Below, piece by piece: positions 47,956-64,000 of a stretch of DNA of 64,000 nucleotides (its first letter is position 1; every line of letters begins with the position of its first letter). The DNA is taken from NCBI GenBank assembly GCA_963678065.2, contig CAXXVZ010000003.1:1088001-1152000 (forward strand). Reading direction: 5' to 3'. Source of the stretch: Treponemataceae bacterium. Its GTDB lineage: Bacteria; Spirochaetota; Spirochaetia; Treponematales; Rectinemataceae. Below the pieces are notes generated by a model, which had not been told where the DNA came from, searched no databases, and worked only from the letters and a program-made list of their open reading frames with translations. Made by a program: the position numbers and the translations under genes.

Positions 47956-50165
47956 TGTTCTACGCCCACAGCCCGGATGCAAAAAGAGGAATAATAGGTC
48001 AAAGCTATATCAAGCATATCCGTGGGGTTGTGGCAAACGCAAACTCATCCGCTTGCGCTGTCGCCAAGTATGCAGCAAAAGATGGTTCTTTGCTTCAAAC
48101 CGTAGTAGCGCAGGCGGCTGAGTTTCACGATTTAGGAAAACTTGACGACGCGAATCAAGAGGTGTTATCTGGCGCAAAGAAAGCACAGAGTCTACCAGTC
48201 CAACATACCGATGCCGGAACCGCGGCATTATTGAGCACGTGCAATCCTTCCCCGATATCAGCGGCATTGATCCGATCACACCATATAGGTTTTCCTGATT
48301 TTATTGCGGAGTCAAATCGGGGAGAAAGATTCTTACGAGACGACGCTGTATCTGAACACGTGAATCAGACCTTGGAATCGCTTCGTCAACGACATAGTTC
48401 GCTTCGTAATGATTTTGTACAAAATGGAATACCGGAAAATCCTTTGCTCAATCTCGCACTGTTCTTGCGGCTGTCACTATCATGCCTGGTAGATGCAGAC
48501 CACGCTGATACATGCATCCATTACGGTGATTATCCATCAATAGAGAACATCGTCGAGCTGAAACCGACAGAAAGACTTCAGATGCTTGATCGCTATGTTG
48601 CAGGGCTCGTCAATACAGTAGATGAACGCTCACGGCTTAGGGCGGAAATGTATCAAACTTGCCGGAATGCAAATACCGACCGGAGAATCGCTTCATGTGA
48701 CAGTCCGGTTGGATCAGGAAAAACAACCGCCATTATGGCTCATCTGCTTGCACAAGCACAGCAAAGGGGATTGCGCAAAATCTTTGTTGTTTTACCGTTT
48801 ACAAATATCATAACACAATCCGTTGAAGTTTATAGAAAGGCATTGCTTTTACCTGGCGAAAATCCCGAAGATGTTGTGGGAGAATTGCATCACCAAGCTG
48901 ATTTTCAAAGCATAGAAAGCCGACATCTTTCAGCTCTATGGAAGGCACCCATTATCGTTACAACAGCAGTGACATTCTTCGAGACTCTGGCGTCAAATAC
49001 CCCAAGCGCTCTTCGCAGGCTCCACAATCTTCCAGGTAGTGCAATTTTTGTAGACGAGTCACATGCAGCTTTGCCGGCAAAACTGCTTCCAGTTGCCTGG
49101 GACTGGATAAAAGCGTATAGCGAAGAATGGGGATGCTACTGGGTCCTGGCATCAGGGTCACTCAACCGATTTTGGCAAATCCCAGAGTTTGATAAGCATC
49201 CTCCAATAGTTCCGGAAATTGTCGATTCTCAACTTCGATCTCGACTTGCGTCATATGAAAAAGGCAGGGTGATTTATCGCTACAATGAAAAACGTCAGAC
49301 CGCGGAAGAACTGGTAAGTTGGATAGCTGGCATGCCAGGACCACGTATAGTGGTTTTTAATACTGTCCAAAGCGCTGCAGTTGTCGCATCTCTGTATGCA
49401 AAAAAGTATGGCAGAGATCGTGTAGAACATTTGTCGACAGCCTTGTCGCCTTCAGATCGAGCGATTACGTTAAATCGAATAAAAATACGCTTGGACAATC
49501 CTCAGAATGAAGTGGAAGGAAACTGGACCCTCATCGCGACTTCATGCGTTGAAGCGGGGGTAGATATATCCTTCAGGACTGGACTCCGGGAACTGGGAGC
49601 GCTGGTTTCGCTGTTGCAAATCTCTGGCAGAGTCAATCGACATGGGCAGGAGACCTGCGCAGAAGTATGGACGTTCCGACTCGCAGAAATCGATCCATTG
49701 AAGATCCATCCGGGAATAAAGGAAGCTGTCACAGTATTACAAGGTTTTTTCGAGTCAAGTCAAACGATTGCCCCCGAACTTTGCACAAAAGCTTTGGAAC
49801 AGGAAATCAGGATGAGTGGCGTTTCTTCGGTTTTTGAAAAGTTGCGAATCGCAGAAAAACAGAATCGCTTCCCTTTGGTTGAAGAAAAATTCAAAGTCAT
49901 TGATACCGATACTCGAACTGTTGTTGTTGACTCTGGATTGATTGGACGAATCTCAGGACACAAATCAGTTGATTGGAAAGAAATTCAAACAAAGTCAGTT
50001 CAAATATGGAAATATCAAATTGACGCGTTGCGTGTACCTGAACTCATAGGAAAATCAGGGCTATATGGGTGGAATCTGGCCTATGATAATTTTATCGGCT
50101 ATATGGCCGGTGTTTTAGCTGTGAAAAATTTTTCAGCAGGAACAGGTGAAGGCACAATAATATGA
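47955..50165 (+). CDS. cas3: Cas3 HD nuclease-helicase
   Basis: FYAHS, FHDLGK, SHH, LVDADHADT, PVGSGKT, DESH, QISGRVNRHG. Confidence 0.93.
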   Translation: MFYAHSPDAKRGIIGQSYIKHIRGVVANANSSACAVAKYAAKDGSLLQTVVAQAAEFHDLGKLDDANQEVLSGAKKAQSLPVQHTDAGTAALLSTCNPSPISAALIRSHHIGFPDFIAESNRGERFLRDDAVSEHVNQTLESLRQRHSSLRNDFVQNGIPENPLLNLALFLRLSLSCLVDADHADTCIHYGDYPSIENIVELKPTERLQMLDRYVAGLVNTVDERSRLRAEMYQTCRNANTDRRIASCDSPVGSGKTTAIMAHLLAQAQQRGLRKIFVVLPFTNIITQSVEVYRKALLLPGENPEDVVGELHHQADFQSIESRHLSALWKAPIIVTTAVTFFETLASNTPSALRRLHNLPGSAIFVDESHAALPAKLLPVAWDWIKAYSEEWGCYWVLASGSLNRFWQIPEFDKHPPIVPEIVDSQLRSRLASYEKGRVIYRYNEKRQTAEELVSWIAGMPGPRIVVFNTVQSAAVVASLYAKKYGRDRVEHLSTALSPSDRAITLNRIKIRLDNPQNEVEGNWTLIATSCVEAGVDISFRTGLRELGALVSLLQISGRVNRHGQETCAEVWTFRLAEIDPLKIHPGIKEAVTVLQGFFESSQTIAPELCTKALEQEIRMSGVSSVFEKLRIAEKQNRFPLVEEKFKVIDTDTRTVVVDSGLIGRISGHKSVDWKEIQTKSVQIWKYQIDALRVPELIGKSGLYGWNLAYDNFIGYMAGVLAVKNFSAGTGEGTII

Positions 50166-50216
50166 GCAACACAATAACAAAGGCACATCCTTCTATTCCA
50201 GACAATGAGGTAATCG

Positions 50217-50879
50217 ATGAAGAGCTATTCGGAGGATGACCTCATCCCTATTTCAGCGTTATCGCATGTAGTCTACTGCGATAGACGCTTCGCGCTCATC
50301 CACATCGAACAGCTCTGGGAGGAGAATCGCTATACAGCGGAGGGGCAGGTGCTGCACGAGCGGGTGGACACGGAGGGGCACGAGTCGCGGAGGCTTTTTC
50401 GGCAGGAGTTCGGGATGGCGATACGCTCGCTCGAATATGGGCTGATCGGAAAGACTGATCTCGTCGAGCTGTACCTGAGACCGGAGGGCGGTGTGGCCGA
50501 GGCCCTGCCTGTGGAGTTCAAGCGAGGAAAGGACAAGGAAGATGATTGCGACAGAGTGCAGCTGTACGCTCAGGCGCTTTGTCTTGCGGAGATGCTCGGA
50601 ACGGAACCGGTTCGCGGTGCTTTTTACTACTTGGGCGCGCACAGGAGGACATGGGTGGAGTTTTCGGCTGGATTGAGGTCGACGACGCTGGCCGCGATCG
50701 ATCGGGCGAGAACTCTGTTGAACGAGGGGAAAACGCCGAGCGCGAAATATGAGAGGGCGAAATGCGAGCGCTGCTCGCTTGTCGAACTGTGTATGCCGCG
50801 CTCGATCGGCAATGGAGGAAAGCGGGTGGCTCCTTACATCGAGTCCGAACTCGCGTCGATGCGCGCGGAGTGTCCCTGA
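50217..50879 (+). CDS. cas4: Cas4
   Basis: YCDRR, PVEFKRG, QLYAQ, CERCSLVELC. Confidence 0.93.
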   Translation: MKSYSEDDLIPISALSHVVYCDRRFALIHIEQLWEENRYTAEGQVLHERVDTEGHESRRLFRQEFGMAIRSLEYGLIGKTDLVELYLRPEGGVAEALPVEFKRGKDKEDDCDRVQLYAQALCLAEMLGTEPVRGAFYYLGAHRRTWVEFSAGLRSTTLAAIDRARTLLNEGKTPSAKYERAKCERCSLVELCMPRSIGNGGKRVAPYIESELASMRAECP

Positions 50880-51910
50880 TGCGCAAACTTCTCAACACAC
50901 TCTACGTTAGTTCGCAAGGCTCCTATCTCCGCAAGGAAGGCGAAACTGTCGTCGTCGAGCGAGAACAGAAGAAGGTGCTTCAGCTCCCGATACACAGCAT
51001 CGGAGGTATCGTCTGCTTCGGAAATGTCCTCTGTTCACCCTTTTTGCTCGGGTTCTGCGCGGAACGGGACATCGCCGTTTCCTTTCTGACGGAGTACGGA
51101 AGGTTTCTCGCCTCGGTCCGCGGGCCGGTATCGGGCAATGTGCTGCTGCGTCGCCAGCAATACCGCATGGCGGACGACGAGGTTGCGACCCGCGCTATTG
51201 CAGCGAACATCGTCTCAGGAAAGCTCGCAAATTGCCGGGTTGTCATGAACCGGGCGCTCCGTGATCACGCGGGGAAGATCGACTCTGACGCGATCAAGGG
51301 CGCATCGTCGACCATAAACAGGCTCATCGACGAACTTCCACGTGCGGCCGACGGGAACGCCGTACGCGGATTCGAGGGCATGGCCGCAGCCGAATACTTC
51401 GGCATCTTCGAGAACCTCATTGTCGACCAGAAGGAGGATTTCCAGTTTCACGAGCGGAGCAGGAGACCTCCACTCGACCCGGTGAACGCGCTGCTTTCCT
51501 TCGTGTACACACTGATAGCCCACGATGTCCGATCCGCGCTCGAGACGGTCGGACTCGATCCGGCCGTGGGATTTCTGCACAGGGACAGACCAGGAAGGCC
51601 TGGCCTCGCTCTCGACCTCATGGAAGAATTCAGACCGGTGATCGCGGACAGACTTGTGCTCTCGCTCATCAACCGGCGTCAGGTCAATGCGAGGGGCTTC
51701 AAGCGGGCGGAGAACGGGGCCGTCGTCATGAGCGACGACACCAGGAAAACCGTTCTCGTCGAATATCAGACGAGGAAGCAAGACGAGATACTGCATCCTT
51801 ATATAGAAGAAAAAATCCCCATGGGTCTCGCTTTTTTTGTCCAGGCGAATCTTATGGCGCGTTTCATTCGGGGCGATATCGACGGGTATCCACCCTTCTT
51901 CTGGAGGTAG
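50879..51910 (+). CDS. cas1: Type I-C Cas1
   Basis: MRKLLNTLYV, SGNVLLRRQQYR, RSRRPPLDPVNALLSF, GFLHRDRPGRP.LALDLMEEFR. Confidence 0.96.
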   Translation: MRKLLNTLYVSSQGSYLRKEGETVVVEREQKKVLQLPIHSIGGIVCFGNVLCSPFLLGFCAERDIAVSFLTEYGRFLASVRGPVSGNVLLRRQQYRMADDEVATRAIAANIVSGKLANCRVVMNRALRDHAGKIDSDAIKGASSTINRLIDELPRAADGNAVRGFEGMAAAEYFGIFENLIVDQKEDFQFHERSRRPPLDPVNALLSFVYTLIAHDVRSALETVGLDPAVGFLHRDRPGRPGLALDLMEEFRPVIADRLVLSLINRRQVNARGFKRAENGAVVMSDDTRKTVLVEYQTRKQDEILHPYIEEKIPMGLAFFVQANLMARFIRGDIDGYPPFFWR

Positions 51911-51911
51911 C

Positions 51912-52202
51912 ATGCTGGTGCTTGTCAGTTACGATGTCGCCATCTCGACCCCCGGAGGGAAACGACGACTGCGTCGAGTTGCCAAAACTTGCGTCAATTT
52001 TGGACAGCGCGTGCAGTTCAGCGTGTTCGAGTGCGTCGTGGAACCTGCACAGTGGGTTTCGCTCAAGGCGCAGCTCGAGGCGATCATCGATATCGGGTCG
52101 GACAGTCTGCGCTACTACTATCTCGGATCAAATTGGAAGAGGAAGGTCGAGCACGTCGGGGCCAAGCCGGGTACCGATATCGATGAACCCCTCATCGTCT
52201 GA
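51912..52202 (+). CDS. cas2: Cas2
   Basis: MLVLVSYDV...RRLRRVAKTC..FGQRVQFSVFEC...DSLRYY. Confidence 0.96.
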   Translation: MLVLVSYDVAISTPGGKRRLRRVAKTCVNFGQRVQFSVFECVVEPAQWVSLKAQLEAIIDIGSDSLRYYYLGSNWKRKVEHVGAKPGTDIDEPLIV

Positions 52203-52492
52203 TCACTCTGGATTGACACGTTTGGATTTACGGTTATAGTGCGTCAGATTTTCCTTACCTCTACGGCATCACTTTGACAACTCGTTTTTACGGTTCCAAG
52301 GGAATACGGAGCGAAAAGCGAACCCGAAAGACACAGGGAAGACCGCGATGTTCGCGGAATTGCCAATTCATTTTCCCTACAATATTTGACAATCAAGAGA
52401 AGGGTTTTTTGCCGCTCATGCCTTACGATTTGCGACAGTTCGCATACTTGCGTCTACAATATCATTCATGATAATGAATTGAGTTGCATATG
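52203..52492 (+). promoter_or_regulatory. CRISPR leader
   Basis: AT-rich; TTGACA-16 nt-TATAGT (52213-52240); GCGAAC (52318), GTTCGC (52350) and GTTCGC (52438) motifs of the kind seen in I-C leaders. Confidence 0.8.
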
Positions 52493-61836
<9,344 letters not shown>

Positions 61837-62775
61837 TGGACTTGCCCCGACCGAATGGACAGGTAGTTAAGCCACTCTCGTCGCCTGTGATACCGGCGGT
61901 TTCATCGCATTGTGCGAATGCCGCCTGATCCGATTGTAGTAGACCTCGATGTACTCGAAAAGATCATGACGGACCCTTTCTCTGGAATATGTACCATTCA
62001 GAGTCTCTAATTCCCGTTTCAACGTTTTGAAAAAGGATTCCGCACAGGCATTATCCCAGCAATTGCCCTTTCGGCTCATGCTTTGAACAATTCCTTTCCT
62101 CTCCGCCAGTAGTGACCTCAATGCGGTGGAACAATACTGGACGCCCCGATCAGAGTGGAAGAGAAGTCCTGGCTTATACCCATATCGGATAACGGCCATG
62201 ACAAAAGCATCCACCACAATCTGGGAGGTCATGTCATCGCGGGTCGACCAGCCGACGACGTGACGGGTGCAGAGGTCGATAACGACACACAGATACAGCC
62301 AGCCCTCGGTTGTCGGGCAATACGTGATGTCAGAAACCCAGACGAGACCCGGCAGCGGTACGTCAAACTGTCGGTCAAGCAGGTTTTCCGCTACCGGTTC
62401 TCCATGATTCGAGTCTGTCGTGACAACGTATTTCTTCTTCGGCAGGCTTCCCAGATCATTCTCCCGCATGAGTCTGGCCACCCGTTTACGCGACACTCCA
62501 TAGCCTGTATCGCGCAATTCTTCGTGGATGCGCGGACTCCCGTATCGCCGGTGATGCTGTTTCTGGATGGCTTTGATCTTCTTGACCAATTCGGCATCCA
62601 GCAGTGCGTGACGGCTTGGTTTTCTCGATTTCCACGCATAGTACCCCGAAACGGAGACTTCCAGATATGTCGCCATCTTCCGTATCGACCACTGCCTCCG
62701 GTGGTCGACCATGAACTGGTAGACTCGGGCTAATTCCCCCTTCGGGGTACCGAGAAGATGGCGACGGCTTTTTTT
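61837..62775 (-). mobile_element. IS3-family insertion sequence (right part), inserted in a CRISPR repeat and interrupted by IS110
   Basis: TG-starting end TGGACTTGCCCC...GGACA at 61837; orfB DDE domain; orfA tail KKAVAIFSVPRRGN* with slippery AAAAAAAG at 62768-62775. Confidence 0.9.
61867..62712 (-). CDS. IS3 transposase OrfB (DDE integrase-like)
   Basis: SGYYAW, YGSPRI, WVSDITY, HSDRGVQY, SRKGNCWDNACAESFF. Confidence 0.93.
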   Translation of the reverse strand: MVDHRRQWSIRKMATYLEVSVSGYYAWKSRKPSRHALLDAELVKKIKAIQKQHHRRYGSPRIHEELRDTGYGVSRKRVARLMRENDLGSLPKKKYVVTTDSNHGEPVAENLLDRQFDVPLPGLVWVSDITYCPTTEGWLYLCVVIDLCTRHVVGWSTRDDMTSQIVVDAFVMAVIRYGYKPGLLFHSDRGVQYCSTALRSLLAERKGIVQSMSRKGNCWDNACAESFFKTLKRELETLNGTYSRERVRHDLFEYIEVYYNRIRRHSHNAMKPPVSQATRVA

Positions 62776-64000
62776 CTATGTTTCCTGTCAACCTCCGGCT
62801 CCGAGAATTGCCAATCCTGACCTCTTGAGCTTGAGAGCAAATATCATGTCATCCGTGTACCGGTAGCGTTCCCCTCGTGTGAGCAAAATATAGACCATCT
62901 CGAGCAGCTTCCGGGCGGTCGCGACGACCGCGATAGAAGGCGCTTTCCCTCTGGAGATCATTGCCTCATAGTGGGACTTGAGCGGGTTTGAGCATTTACT
63001 GCGAATAAGTCCCCAGGCGCTCTGGACAAGCAGGCCCCGAAGATGCGCATTGCCTCGCTTCGTGATTGAGCCCTTGCGTTCAAGTTCTCCCGATTCGTGA
63101 AGCCGTGGCGACAACCCAACATAGTTGACCAACTGGGCTGGTCCGCTAAAGCGGCGCATGTCTCCCGCGTATGCCAGGATGGCCATCGTCGTCTTGATGC
63201 CAAAGCCAGGGAGCGACATGAGGATGTGCGCAGACTCCCCGCCCTTCATCACCGAAGCCCCGATCTCTTCGACCAACCCGGCGAGGATCTGCTCATATTC
63301 CGAGATCATGTGATGGAGGTTAATGGCCTCCGTCTTGCTGAAGCCGGCAAGTTCGGTTTCGATGAGCCGTTCCCTCGTGGCTGCCTTCTTAAGCTGGGCC
63401 TTGGTATGGTCAGGAATGCCACATCGGAGAAACACCGCATGAAGACGGTTTATAAGGCGAGTTCTATCCCTGCGAAAGCGGTCTTCATGGGACGAAAGTG
63501 CCCGACGATCCATCTCTTCATCCGAGGGCACTGGCACTGTCGGCAATTCGTCAGCATTGAACTTTTGCACAAGTCGCGCGAGCTTGAGCGCGTCCTCACG
63601 GTCCGACTTCTTGAGCGACTTATGGATCACCGCCAGGTCAGCCGCGTTCAGGACAAGGACCTGTATGTCGGGGTGCTCCATGAGTTCCTTCGCTATCTGG
63701 AATGAGGAGGTACCAGCTTCCATCGCGATGGTGTCGCCTGGTCGAACCCTTTCCGCAAGGCTGCGGCGGCCTCGAATATCGAGCTTGCCATTCCACCGCT
63801 GGATTGATTCGGTCTTTCCATCGATGGCAACCGCCTCGTAGGTCCTCTTCGAAAGGTCGATGCCAATAAAACGCCCTGTTTCCTTCCCCATGCGCAGCCT
63901 CCCGGGAAAAAGATCGGAGCCGGAAGTCTTTGAGCGATACAACGTGGTACTACATTCTTCTATTCGCAGTGGCGTTGCCGCAGCATCGTCCTGCACCCTG
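62776..64000 (-). mobile_element. IS110-family element (extends beyond the window)
   Basis: DEDD recombinase gene; short right end TTGACAGGAAACATAG abutting the IS3 slippery site; non-coding left region from 63892. Confidence 0.88.
62788..63891 (-). CDS. IS110 DEDD recombinase/transposase (367 aa)
   Basis: IGIDLSK (D), MEAG (E), KSDREDA (DD), SLPGFG, GLSPRLHESG (Ser), ITKRGN, VATARKL; GGAGG SD. Confidence 0.93.
   Translation of the reverse strand: MGKETGRFIGIDLSKRTYEAVAIDGKTESIQRWNGKLDIRGRRSLAERVRPGDTIAMEAGTSSFQIAKELMEHPDIQVLVLNAADLAVIHKSLKKSDREDALKLARLVQKFNADELPTVPVPSDEEMDRRALSSHEDRFRRDRTRLINRLHAVFLRCGIPDHTKAQLKKAATRERLIETELAGFSKTEAINLHHMISEYEQILAGLVEEIGASVMKGGESAHILMSLPGFGIKTTMAILAYAGDMRRFSGPAQLVNYVGLSPRLHESGELERKGSITKRGNAHLRGLLVQSAWGLIRSKCSNPLKSHYEAMISRGKAPSIAVVATARKLLEMVYILLTRGERYRYTDDMIFALKLKRSGLAILGAGG

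Noticed and set aside
52208..52219. TGGATTGACAC as a degenerate repeat end after cas2
   Set aside because: The rest of the repeat is absent; better explained as a -35 box.

Overview
High-GC bacterial chromosomal window, most likely from an anaerobic spirochaete (Treponema/Rectinema-like). This is inferred from two spirochaete-typical gene orders: rpsT-hup/hbb-...-bactofilin-...-rho-rpmE and murG-cvpA-holB-like-HK-sigma54 RR. Positions 1-41.2 kb hold housekeeping and metabolic genes: mutL end, plsC, rho with a long low-complexity N-terminus, rdgB, nrnA, argF, nth, a sigma54-controlled aldehyde:ferredoxin oxidoreductase, recQ, a DEAD-box helicase, pgi, lhr, a tyrosine phenol-lyase-like enzyme, a preQ1-riboswitch yhhQ-queF operon, a GH95 and an amino-acid ABC pair. 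Positions 41.2-64 kb form a defence/mobile region. It starts with a WYL regulator and an unknown HIRAN-domain gene carrying a palindromic promoter. An AT-rich type I-C variant interference module follows (cas5-cas8/cas11-cas7-cas3), preceded by a frameshifted relic of a different cas3. Next come host-GC cas4-cas1-cas2 and a CRISPR array of about 141 spacers (hand count). The last visible repeat is cut by an IS3 element, which is in turn interrupted by an IS110 element. The spacers record probable seed-escape and re-acquisition events, plus four consecutive hits on one HEAT-like repeat gene, from which a TTC PAM can be deduced. All calls come from reading motifs by eye; no database searches were run.
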